DNA of 64,000 nt, taken from assembly GCA_051294375.1 (NCBI GenBank), contig CM119263.1:1137756-1201755 (forward strand), written 5' to 3'. The first letter of the stretch is position 1. Each line of letters begins with the position of its first letter. Below the pieces are notes generated by a model. It saw only the letters and a program-made list of their open reading frames with translations, was not told where the DNA came from and searched no databases. Positions 27,701 to 41,170 of the stretch are shown piece by piece. Position numbers and translations under genes: made by a program. Origin of the DNA: Paraspadella gotoi. Its lineage: Eukaryota; Animalia; Chaetognatha.

Positions 27701-30700
27701 ACCGTCACCCGCGTGAGCGCCTTTGCCGTCACCAAGCGAAGGACAGAGCGAAGCATAAATAAATAATCCGCTTTGAATGAGATTCGAGGTTTGGATTCGC
27801 AATTTGGAATCGAGATGAAATCCTGGGAAACAAACGAGGGACAAGGATTCGTTGCTGATGAGAATGAATTGAGGGGGAGAGTCACTCGCTCTNNNNNNNN
27901 NNNNNNNNNNNNNNNNNNNNNNNNNNNNNNNNNNNNNNNNNNNNNNNNNNNNNNNNNNNNNNNNNNNNNNNNNNNNNNNNNNNNNNNNNNNNNNNNNNNN
28001 NNNNNNNNNNNNNNNNNNNNNNNNNNNNNNNNNNNNNNNNNNNNNNNNNNNNNNNNNNNNNNNNNNNNNNNNNNNNNNNNNNNNNNNNNNNNNNNNNNNN
28101 NNNNNNNNNNNNNNNNNNNNNNNNNNNNNNNNNNCTCTTTTCTGTTGCTTTTACACACATTTTTCTAAGTAATCTTTTTTAACGTACTTTGCATCCCCGA
28201 CGACAAAAATCCGAACAAGGACTGAGAAAGTTTTCGGCTATAAGACGTACGATACATTGTAGAAAATACAATATCTTTTTTTTTACCGTTACAGCCAGGA
28301 CACTCTCTCTCCATCTTTCTCTCCATCTCTCTCTCCATCTCTCTCTCCATCTAAATAAAAAAAACAATCGGAGTTTCATCGCCAACGGCAACGTTTACTT
28401 AGGCCCAAAAACAAAACGAAAGCAAACGTGGATCGTCAGAATCTTTTGAAAGCAAACAACACGGATATTCCATTGCAGATGCAGTTCATTGTCCTTCGTG
28501 CCCAAAAAAGTTGGTGCGAAATATCGGCAGTTGCAAGTGAAAGAAATTGCGCGACTCTCTCTCTCTCAATGATAAACTGGAGAAGTGAAGTTGAAAATAT
28601 TCGAAAAATATACAGGGAAGGTTTTGTTTGTTTTTTTTAAATTCAATTTAAATATGTAGTTAAAATGAAATGTTTGAAGGAAATAAAATGTACAGATATG
28701 AAAAAAATGTTACTAGTATTACGTAATCTAGCCACAATAACTAATTTTGAAAATAGATTAAAATTTTTACTCTCTTCCAAAAAGAAAGAAAGAAAGAAAG
28801 AAAGAAAGGCATTTCCTAGAAATGAATGACCTCATTTTCAGTTCACAGGAGTGAGAGAAAATCTTACGACTGATTCCCCGGTTCTATCAGTTCTACCGAT
28901 TTCATAAAAACTCTTAGCACAGTTCTATCCATCAACTTACTTCCCTCTCCATTCATCAAGATCAACTTTTTATTCCTTCCTCTTCTCATTTTCTATTATG
29001 CATTACTTGGCTTTCGTTTTAAAAAATCACAGGAGGGCAACGTTGTTCAACGCCGACGATATGACGACACGACATGAGACCGACGAAGCGACGACATCGA
29101 CGAACCAGACATGAACGAGCCAGAAACGACTGACGACGATGCGACGACGACGACGAAAAAGAGCGATTTAAAAAGAAAGATACAATCAGTGATTCTGATG
29201 GTGGAACCATTTGCTAGAGACCAGCTGATGGTTGCAGGGGCTGTGCAAGAGATCGTTGTCCGGAGATGACGACGGCTTTCAAGTCGGACGATATGCGATG
29301 GAGATGATTTGGACGCATGACAATGATGGACAATTGATGATGAAAAGAGATACAATGACATTTAAACTGAATAGCTCCTATTGCGACGTACTAGCTTGTT
29401 GCTAATTAACGATTAGCTTGTGCGAATTTAGTTCCGATTCGTGTTTATCGATGAGAAACGATGATGATGACGACGATGAGATGACGAAATGATGATGACG
29501 ACGATGGACGCAGAATTTGAGATGATAAAGTCGAGTTAGTGACTTTGTGAATCGAGTTGATCGAAAAAGACAACACACAATGATAGATGACCGTAAATGT
29601 TTTCCATCAGAGACTGGAACGCTGAAGGAAATCCTCAGAACCATGCATTTGCATAAATGCAATAAGGGCCTTAATGAGCAACTTGATGTCCTCGTCAGAG
29701 TTCTACCGCCAGTCAAGTAAACCAATACGTCATCATCAATGCAATCATCATCACATCGTATACTATCATGTCATCATCATCAGCTCCTTCTCTTTGCTTT
29801 TCGGTTGAAGAAAATCTTCCATGACTCTACATTCCTGTATGGTTTAATTTCATTCGTCATAAATCTATCGCCACCCCCCTCCCCGTTTGAGACCACACGA
29901 TCCTATATCAAGGTGAGTCGGTCTCACCTATATATCCATTACGTGAGATCAATTAATTAATCAATCAATTAATCTCTTCGTGTGTACTGAACCTCGCGCG
30001 CGCTTTGACCACATTGTGACCAGTTAAGGCGCGTTATATAAATGATTTAAATTTAACTTTAATTAAAATTCTAAAGTGATGAACGAAACAATCATTATAT
30101 TAATGAACATTTATAAATTAAAAAAATTATAATAAATTTAACAATTTACGCCAGTAGGCCATATTTATACGATATACTAAACCAGATAAATGTTAAAAAT
30201 TTCAAAAACAGTTTTTCCCCTAAGATTTTTTTGCAGATTTGGATTTGTCATAAAAAGTTTGCCAAAAAGAAATTTAATAAACTTCCTTTTTTAAAAAAAA
30301 TTCTTCCCCCTTCCATTAAGTGGGGTCAAAAATTATAAAAAAAGCTATATTTAAGCTTGAAAATTAACTTTTACAATCTAAAATATAGTTTTTTTAATTT
30401 TAACCCACTTAATGAAAGAATTTTAAAAAGATATTTATATTTCTTTATGCAACTGGTTTGACGAAATTCCAAATCTGCAAAAAATTAAGAAAACCTGTTT
30501 TGAAATTTTTCATTTATATAGGTAGTAACTATATAAATATGGCCACTGCGTAAAATTAAAAAAATAAAAATTATTTTTTTACCAAATTAAAGAATGTTCA
30601 CTGATAGCATGTTGTTCAAATTGACTTTTAAATTTTCGATATGTAACTTTCACTACGCCTTACTGACCAGAGCAATGAAGGTTTACTCATTGAAACCTTA

Positions 30701-31760
30701 ATAATCCAAATTTAAATACTCTAAAACAATAATTACTTTAATACCATAATGGCTTCTTTTTACATCTTTTCTACTAACTCATTATACTTCATTTATCTCC
30801 TGTCCCTCTCTATTTCCCTTCTCCTTTCCCTCTCTCTTACCTACCTCTCTCTATTTCCCCTCTTCCCTTCACTTCTCTTCTTCTTCTTCCTCCCTCTCTC
30901 CTCTACCTCTCTATTTCCCCTCTTCCCTTCACTTCTCTTCTTATCGTTTCTTCTTCCTCCCTCTCTCCTCTACCTCTTTCACCCCCTTTTCTTTCTCGCG
31001 ACAAAAGGCTTTCATCAAAGTCGAGATTTAGCTCTCCCGCCACCGGAAGGGCAGTGGGGTGCGAGTGGGGGGCGGGGAGAGATCAGGGGAACACCTTTTC
31101 TTGCGAATCGGGAAAAAAAAATTGATCGAAAGCTTGAATTAATTGAACAGATGCGCAACCAGAAAACCTATTCTCGAATCGGCGATTCTGAATTGTATAA
31201 ACTAACTTTGGAATGAGAGTAAGAGGAAAATACTGAATTGGGCCAATGAATTCATGAAAAACCGCTAAACATTTTTAGCGTGTGGAAATTTAGGGAAAAG
31301 ACAAAAGTCGAAATTTCGAAATTAAATTTCCTTTTCCCTCAAGAAATTTTTCGGATAAGATTTTGAAGCAAGAAAAATATAGAACATAAATAAAATATAA
31401 TAATATTAAAGTCATGATATAAAAAAAAACAGCGAAACAAAAAAGAAAACCTAAGGAAAAATTGTGTCTTCAGTTTGAAGCTGCGATTTCACAAAGAAAT
31501 AAAAAGGCGTTTGATGTTTGTTCGCAGCCGCCGCCACCGCCGCCTCCGCCGCCGCCAACGACGCCGCCTTTCCACTTGACAACGCCGCCACTCCCTCCTG
31601 CGGCCGACGCGACATCTGCCGGGAGCGATGCTTTGTTTTATGATCTCATCCCAAGAGTTGAAGGCGACTCGAGAGAAAAATCTAAACAACCGACAGGGGG
31701 AGCGTTTTCAAGTGAAGCCTCGTTTTGAAATTACACTTTAGAGATTCAACCTTTCTTTGT

Positions 31761-31819
<59 letters not shown>

Positions 31820-32636
31820 ACTCTTTTTTTTCTCTTTCTCTTAAATTATAAAATGAACCCTCTCCATCAATTTTCAACTTTAAAATCAAAATAAAGGCCA
31901 ATATTAAGAAAACTCTATTTATCTAGAACGTATAAATTTAAAATTGATAGATTTCAAATTGACTTTGCATTTATTTATTTATTTATGTTTTTGTGCATTT
32001 TCAGTTTTTGGAGAAGGAATGAGAACGGAAGGAAGAAGATGAACCAAGGCCAAACACGTCACCTCCTTCTTGATGGCGACGATAAAGAAGCCACGCCCAC
32101 AAACGACGACGACGACGACGACCACCCCCTTCATCTGATAAAAACTCGGGCGAGGGGGAAACAAAAGACTCGACTGGAACTCGGCCTCTTCGACTGACGC
32201 GCCATCTGTCGCTCCAGTCGAAAAACCAACATTGATCTTTTAAGTGTTTATTGAGAAAACAAATGATCGCGACGCCCAGTTGTTTGTTTAGCGTAAATTT
32301 AATGCAAAGAGAGAGACTTTTTTTGAAAGTCATACCACGGACCACGGTTGAACTTTTTAGCGATCGGAGGAAATAAACAAGAAATGGCCAATATAATAAT
32401 CAGCGGCCATTTTGAAGAACTTACTTGATTTTAAGTTGTGACTTTTTATAACTCACAACTTTCCATAAACANNNNNNNNNNNNNNNNNNNNNNNNNNNNN
32501 NNNNNNNNNNNNNNNNNNNNNNNNNNNNNNNNNNNNNNNNNNNNNNNNNNNNNNNNNNNNNNNNNNNNNNNNNNNNNNNNNNNNNNNNNNNNNNNNNNNN
32601 NNNNNNNNNNNNNNNNNNNNNNNNNNNNNNNNNNNN

Positions 32637-32667
<31 letters not shown>

Positions 32668-33676
32668 TTCTGCGTCGTAATTCAATTTCCCCCTGAAACT
32701 TCATTCTCTTTTTTCTGGATCTGCCCCCAAAAAAGGGCAAGCAAAGCCTGAGGATTATCGACCCCGGACGACCGTCCTGGGACTGAACCAGGGACTCTTG
32801 GGAAAAGCGAATGCGGCCCAAAAAGTGGAGACCTCTCTCTCTCTNNNNNNNNNNNNNNNNNNNNNNNNNNNNNNNNNNNNNNNNNNNNNNNNNNNNNNNN
32901 NNNNNNNNNNNNNNNNNNNNNNNNNNNNNNNNNNNNNNNNNNNNNNNNNNNNNNNNNNNNNNNNNNNNNNNNNNNNNNNNNNNNNNNNNNNNNNNNNNNN
33001 NNNNNNNNNNNNNNNNNNNNNNNNNNNNNNNNNNNNNNNNNNNNNNNNNNNNNNNNNNNNNNNNNNNNNNNNNNNNNNNNNNNNNNNNNNNTCAGTCCAA
33101 CCCTCTCTCTGTCATAACATCTCTCCCGTCTTCATTTCTTTGTTCCGAATTTCCCTCGTTGCTCATTCCCAGTCAAAGATGGCGCGACAGTGCGGGGCGG
33201 CGGACGAGAAAGAAGAATCGGTACAAACAAAAGGCAAAAGGCACAAGAAGATCAAACAAGAGACGCAGTACGTAAATTATTTATTCACGGACGCCCCTTC
33301 GCTGACAAACGCACGGACGATTTGTCCAACGGGCGAACGGACAGCCCGATAAACAGAAGGATAAGAGAAGCAAATGTAAGAGAGATTCAGACAGATAAAA
33401 ATGTAGACAGAAGGAAAGACTGATGTACATTGAAAGATAGTCACAGACAGACGGACTAATACACAAATAGAAAGCGTGATAGACAGATAGACCAAAGGAA
33501 AAATAAAATAAAATAAGACATATATAGGACTGAAAGACAAACGGACAAACGGACATAAAGAAAGACAGACAACGAGAAGCCTTTCACGCCGTGACACAAA
33601 ATTGTGAAGAATAAAAAAGTGAAACGTAAATGAAAGAAAAAAGAAAAAAGGTTTCGTCGTTTGTCTTACTCATTAA

Positions 33677-33728
<52 letters not shown>

Positions 33729-33927
33729 CTCAAGCGTACGCACTTATGTCGGCCGTAAAATCGTTATGACCGGAGGCTGGGAGCTGTCTCCGGGAAAGAA
33801 AGGAAAGAAAGACAGAAAGACACAACCAAAAGAAAGAAAGAAGTTGCAAGAAAGATAAAAAAAATTCAGAAATAAAGAAAAACAGAAAGAGGGGAAAAGA
33901 GAAAGACAAAATAAAAAATAGAAATCT

Positions 33928-34014
<87 letters not shown>

Positions 34015-35629
34015 TCTGATATTATTTCGTTTCAAGGGTATCAGACTGTGAAGTTAATTACGTTCGCTTTTTATTTCAAATTGATATAACTCATAACTTG
34101 CAAGGAACGAGAGTTAATGTTTTTTATGCGCGATATTATAATTTGGTAGCGAGCGAGTATATAAGGAAATCATTTAATTGCAATTATAATCAATAGTTAT
34201 TACGTATTATAAATACTTTTATTAATCCTTTCATAGAGCTAAAACAGTTCTTACTAATTTTGTTCCAGTTGCTCTGAANNNNNNNNNNNNNNNNNNNNNN
34301 NNNTAAATTTAATAAAACAAAAAAATCATAAGTAAAACAGTAGAAAAAAAATAAAAAAATAAATAAAACACATTGATTAAAAAAAAGAAAACAAACATCA
34401 GACATACAATACCGGAAGAAAAAGATAAAAACAAAATCGCCCGCGCAAACAAATGACAGAGACATATACAAATAAAAAAAAACACAAAATTAAAAAAAAT
34501 TTCAATTTGAAATAAGACTATCAATGAACATTGGAACACTGATCGGCCTGAAGGCTTAAAGCCACCCAAAGGACCCGTGGCTGTCCAAAGTACAGGGGCA
34601 AGATAGTCTTATTCAATTAATATGATAATGGAATAAACTTTTAATATTTAGGACGAGTGTACCATATTTCAATTAGTCATTTTATATAGTTTAAAAGGAA
34701 GTTAGGTGGATTTGAGACGAAATCACCAGCGCGCGCAAACAACGTTTGGACTTGCTGGTTGTTTCTGTTTATGTTTAATCTGTTTAGTTTGCTTTTTAAA
34801 AATTTATCAAAGGCTGCAAACGTTTTTTCCAGTTATTTTTAATAAATGTTGAATCAATTTGTGCAGCTAATTTTAATTTTTTTTTCGATAATTTTTTTGC
34901 GTAAACAAAATTTATTTTTTTTTTCTGCATGCCCTATTGAACGGTAATTTAATATATTTAACATTTAAATCTTATTTTTACAAGGCCAAATAAGGATAAC
35001 TAGAAAAAAACGAATTTGATGTAAAAAACATATTCAAACGATTGTTATATTTAAGTTCATCTCATCTTCTCTCTCTCTTTGCCAAATTTTTTGTCCAGGA
35101 CATTCATAGGCATCTAGGACAATTAGACCTTGTGTTATTCCCAAAATTTTATTTGATAATAATGAGTTTATATTTTTCCCCCAGAAAAAAATAAAAAAAA
35201 AAAAAAGAAAACAATGAAAAAAGAAAAAAAAAAAAAATAAAAAAAAAAATAAAAAAAAAAAAAAAAAAAAAGAATTATTGTGCGAAAATTCTTAAAATGA
35301 AAGAATGCACCCAAAGAGAAACGAAAAACAATTTGCTGTGTCCGCCGGACCACGATCTCCGGGAACGAGTCCTGTTGATCCGCGGGATTTCTACCCGAAT
35401 TCAGAGTTTTTTTCTCTTCGATCTCGATCCGCGACCTCGACTCCCGGCTCGGCAAAAGATCTTGCCGGGCGGACGTGGCTCCCGGCCTATGGTGGACAAA
35501 GGGCTGGTGTGGGCCGCCGGACACTCATGGCTCTCCTCGTTCCCGCAAATCTCGGTCATAACCCATTGCAACTTTCCCTTTCTTTCTTTTTTTCTTTTCT
35601 TTTTTTTCCCTTTTCTTTTCTTTTTCTTT

Positions 35630-35678
<49 letters not shown>

Positions 35679-35752
35679 TCTCTCTCTCTCTTTCCTCTCT
35701 CTCTCACTCTCTCTCTCTATTCTCTCTCTCTCTCTCTCTCTCTTCTCTCTTC

Positions 35753-35785
<33 letters not shown>

Positions 35786-38700
35786 TTCTGTTTGCTTTTA
35801 CCACACATTTTGTCTAAAGTATCTTTTTTAACGTACTTGCCATCCACGACGCACAAAATCCCGAACAAGGCACGAGAAAGTTTTCGGGCTATAAGCACGT
35901 ACGGATACATGCTAGAAAATTACAATCTCTTTTTTTAACCGGTTACAGCCAGAGCACTCTCTCTCCATTCTTTCTCTCCATCTTCTCTCCATCTCTCTCT
36001 CCATCTAATAAAAAAAAACATCGGGTTTCATCGCCAACGGCAACGTTTACTTAGGCCAAAAACAAAACAAAAGCAACGTGATCGTCAGAATTCTTTTGAA
36101 AGCAACAACACGGATTTCCATTGCAGATGCAGTTTCATTGTCCTTTGTGCCCAAAAAAGTTTGTGGTGCGAAAGATCGGCAGTTTGCAAGTAAAGAAATT
36201 GCGCGACTCTCTCTCTCTCTTCAATGATAAAAGCTGGAGAAGTGAAGTTGAAATTATTTTCGAAAAATATACAGGGAAGGTTTCGTTTATTTTTTTTAAA
36301 TTTATTTTAAATATGTAGTAAAATGAAATGTTTTGAAAAGAAATAAGATGTACAGATATGAAAAAAAATGTTAACTAGTTATTACGTAATCTAGCCACAA
36401 TAACTTTAATTTTGAAAAATAGATTAAAATTTTTACTCTCTTCCAAAAAGAAAGAAAGAAAGGAAAGAAAGAGGCATTTCCTAGAAATGAATGACCTCAT
36501 TTTCAGTTTCACAGGATGTGATCGAGACAAATCTCCTACTGATTCCTCCCAGGTTCTATTCAGTTTCTACCGATTTTTCATTTAAAACTCTTGCATCAGT
36601 TCTTTCCATTCAACTTACTTCCCTCTCCATTCATCAAGTGAGCAACTTTTTTTATTTCCTTCCTCTTCTCATTTTTCTTTTTATCATTACTTGGTTCCTT
36701 TTTAAAATTTCACAGGCGAGGGCCAAACGTTGATCAATCCGCCCCGACGATTGATGACGACGCGACGACGACGGACGCGACATCAACGGACCCAGAATGA
36801 AGATGGCGACGACACGGACGGACCGACGACGACGGACCGACGCGGTAAAAAGAGCGATTTAAAAGCAAGAACAATCTAGTGACTCTTCTTTGATTGGTGG
36901 AACCATATTGCTTGATGGTGAACCATTTGCTCCGATGGGTTGGAACCTATTGTCTCAGCGGGTCGTGGGTTGACGTCGTTCGTCGTAGCTATGACGACGG
37001 CTTTCAATGTCGCGACGATGATGGGGCCGCATGGAGCATGATTTGACGATGACAATGCCTCATGACACGAATTCTGAATTGATGACTAAGAGATGACAAT
37101 GACAAATTTTACAACTGAATTTAATAGCTGCAATTGCGACCCGTACTGCATTGTTGCTATTACCGAGATTTTAGCTTTGATGCGATTTAGTTTCCGATTC
37201 GTGTTTTATCGATGAGAACGATGATGATGACAGACGGATGACGATGACTCGAAGACGTATGATTGACGACGCATTGACGATTGACGATGATGATGATAAA
37301 GTCGATTAGTGACTTTTTGAAATTCGATTGATCGAAAGACAACACCGAACATTGATAGAGTGACCGTAAATGTTTCTATATCAGGACTGGTTTACGACAT
37401 CGCTGAGGACAAATCCTCAAGAACCTCATTTTGCCATAATGGCAATAGGCCCTTAATGAACAACTTGATGTCCTCCGTCAGGAAGTTTCTATACCGCCAG
37501 TCAAAGTTAACCATCGTCATTCATCACATCATCATATCGTATCATCATTCGCCATTCTCTTTGGCTTTCGGTTAAGGAAATCTTCCTGACTTTAATTTCC
37601 TGTAATTTTAATTCTTCATTCGCATAAATCTGATCCGCCACCCCCCTCGTCTGGGACCACATTCCGTATATCAAGGGGTGTATCGTCTCACCTATATATC
37701 CATTACCTGATAGATCAATTACATTAATCAATCATTTAAGTCTCTTCGATCTGTACCTGACCTTCGCCGCGCGCTTTGAACCACTGCCAGTAAGGCCGTA
37801 GTAACAATTGTTCTTAAATTTTAACTTTACGATTTAAAAACTTCTAAAAGTTGTGATTGAACGAACAATATTATATTATATGACATTTATATAATAAAAA
37901 AATTATAATATAATTTACAAAATTTACGCAGTAGGCCATATTTATACTAGTTACTAACCAATAAAATGTTAAAATCAAAACGTTTTTTCTAAGATTTTTT
38001 GCAGATTTGGATTTGTCATAAAAAAAGTTGCCCAAAAAGAAATGTATAACTCTTTAAAAAATTCCTTCATTAGAGTGGCTCAAAATTAAAAAAAAGGCGT
38101 ACTATTTATGTTGCAAAATTATTTTATATCCTATTAATTTATATTAGTTTTTATTTTTAAACCCCACCTAATGATAAAGAATTTTTTTATCAGGAATGAG
38201 ATTCTATATTTTCTTTTTTATCAACTTTGACGAGGAATTCAAGCAATCTGCAATCAAAATAAAGAAAAGCCTATTATGAAATTTTCTGATCTTTATTAAG
38301 GATAGTACTATATATAAATATAGCCTACTTGCGCAAAATTAAAAAATCATCAAAATTAATTTTTTTTTATGCCAAATTTAATGCTTCACTGATAGTCATG
38401 TTGTTTCATAATTGACTTTTTAGAACTTTCACTACGCCTTACTGACCAGGCAATGAAGGTTTTTAACTCATTTGAAACCTTAATAATCCAAATTGTTAAA
38501 TACTCTAAACAATAATTACTTTCAATACCATATGGTCTTTCTTTTTACCATCTTTTGTCTAACTACTAACTACATTATGCACTTCATTTATCTCCCTACC
38601 TTGCTCCCTCTCTATTTCCCTTCTCCCTTCCCTCTCTCTTACCTACCTCTCTCTATTTCCCCTCTTCCTTCACTTCTCTTCTTCTTCTTCCTCCCTCTCC

Positions 38701-41126
38701 TCTCTTACCTCTCTTATTTCCCCTTCTTTCCTTCACTTCTCTTTCTTATCGTTTCTTCTTCCTCCCTCTCTCCTCTACCTCCTTTCATCTCCCCCATTTT
38801 CTTCTCGCGACAAAAAGGTTTCATCAAAGTTTCGAAGATTCAGCTCCTCCGGCCACTCTCGGTCCAAGGCAGTGATGGGGTGCGAGGTGGGGGGCGTGGG
38901 AGAGATTAGGGGGAACACCTTTCTTTGCGAATCGGGAAAAAAAAAATTTGATCGAAAGCTTGGAATTAATTGAACAGTCATGCGCAACCAGAAAACTATT
39001 CTCGAATCGGCGATTTCTGAATGGTATCTAAACTTAACTTTGGAATGATGAGATATCTTCTGAGAAATGCGAATACGTTTTAAATGTATTCATTTTTAAG
39101 AGGAAATACTAAATTGGGCCAATGAATTCACTTGAAAAACCGCTAAACATTTTGTGTTGGAAATTTAGGGAAAAAAGTACAAAAGTTCTGAAATTTCGAA
39201 ATTAAATTTCCTTTTCCCTTTCAAGAATTTTTCGGATAAGATTTTGAAGCGAAGAAAAATATTAGAATATAAATTAAAAGTATAATAATATTAAGTCATG
39301 ATATAAAAAAACAGTGACAACAAAAAAGAAATCTAAGGAAAAATTGGTGTCGTTCAGTTTTGAAGCTGCACCGATTCACAAAGAAATAAAACAGGCGTTT
39401 TTGATGTTTCTTGTTCGCAGCCGCCCGATGCCCCCACCGCCCGCCTCCGCCGCCTTGCAACTCAACGCCGGCCTATTCCATTGACACTGCTCGCCACTCT
39501 CCCCTCCTGCTGCCGCCGACGCCGGACATCTGCGGGAGCGATGCTTTTGTGTTTTATGATCTCATCCCAAGAGCTTGAAGGCAGCACTCGAGAGACGACC
39601 AAATAACTAAACACCGACAGGGGAGCGTTCTTCAAGTGAAAGGCCTCGATTTTTTGAAATTACCACTTTAGAGATCAACCTTGTCTCTTTGTAACTCTCT
39701 TCTGCTCTGTCTCTCTGTTCTCTCTGTCTCTCTCTCTGTCTCTCTCGTCTCTCTCTCTCTCTCTTGCTCTGCCTCTTCTTCTAGTCTATCTCTGCTCTCT
39801 CTCTTCTCTCTCTGAATTGACATTTGTAGATTCAACCTTTTTGGTAACTCTCTCTCTACTGTCGTCTTCTCTCTCTCTTGTCTCTTCTTCCTCTTCTCTC
39901 TCTGAAAATTAACTTTTAGAGATTCTTTACCAACGCTTTTCGTTTTAACTCTCTCTCTCTCTCTCTCTCTACTTCATCTCTCTCCCGTCTACATTATCGT
40001 ACCCCTCCTCACTCCTCTCTCATTCTTCTCCTCTCTCTCTCTCTGTCTCTACCTCTCCACTCCCTTCCTCTTTTCATTCCTGAAAACAAACCAAATTCCT
40101 GACCCAAAAAAAATTTTCCACATCCGCGTTTTCGTTTCAGGCACACCAAAGAGAACCGTCATCCTCTCCTCTCCTCTCTTCTCTCTCTCTCTCGCTCCTT
40201 CCTACTGCTCTCGTTCTCCTCTTTCCTCCTCTCTCTTTCTCTCATCTCTTTTTTTTTCTCTTTCTCTTAATTATTAAAAATGAACCCTCTCCATTCAAGT
40301 TACTTTCCAACTCTTTTCAAATCTCAAGATACATAAAACCGGCCAAGTATAATGAAAACTTATTTAATCTAGCAACGCTTTATAAATCGTTAAAATTGAT
40401 TAGACTTCAAATTGCACTTGCATTTTATTCTAATTTGATTTATGTTTTTGCTGCATCAGTTTTCTGGATGAAGCAGGGAATGTAGAAGCGGAAGGGAAGA
40501 AGGACTAACAGGCCACACTATACAATCGTCCGACCTCCAACATTCTCTTGGTATGTATCCGCCGCGGACTGATAAAGAAGCCACGCCCACAATAACGGAC
40601 GTACTGACGCGACGACGACCACCCCCTATCATTCTGATAAATAAACTCGGTGCTTGCGAAGGGGGAAACAAAAGACTCGACTGGACACTCTGGCCTCTTC
40701 GACTGACGCGGCCACTGATTCTGCCCCCTGCCGCAGTTCTCAGAGATAAGAAAAAAACCAACATATTGATCTTCTTAAGTGTTTATTGCAGAACATACAA
40801 ACACTAGGCAGCTGGCGACGACGGCGTCTCCTAGATTCTAACTCGTCACGCCTAAACGACTCGGTGGCAACCCAGTTGGTCTTGATTTGATAGCATTTAA
40901 ATTTATCATTGTCCCAATGAGAGAGAGACTTTTTTTGGAAAAGATCATGCCACGGTTTGAACTTATTTTATGCGATCGGGGAAATAAACAAGAACGGTAT
41001 TGGCCAATATAAGTAATCAAAGCGTGCCATTTTGAAGAACTTACTTTGATTTTAAGCTTGTGACTTTTTATAACTCACAACTGTCTAATGAAACATACGT
41101 GTTTGAGACAACGTTCTGTAGTGATA

Positions 41127-41170
<44 letters not shown>
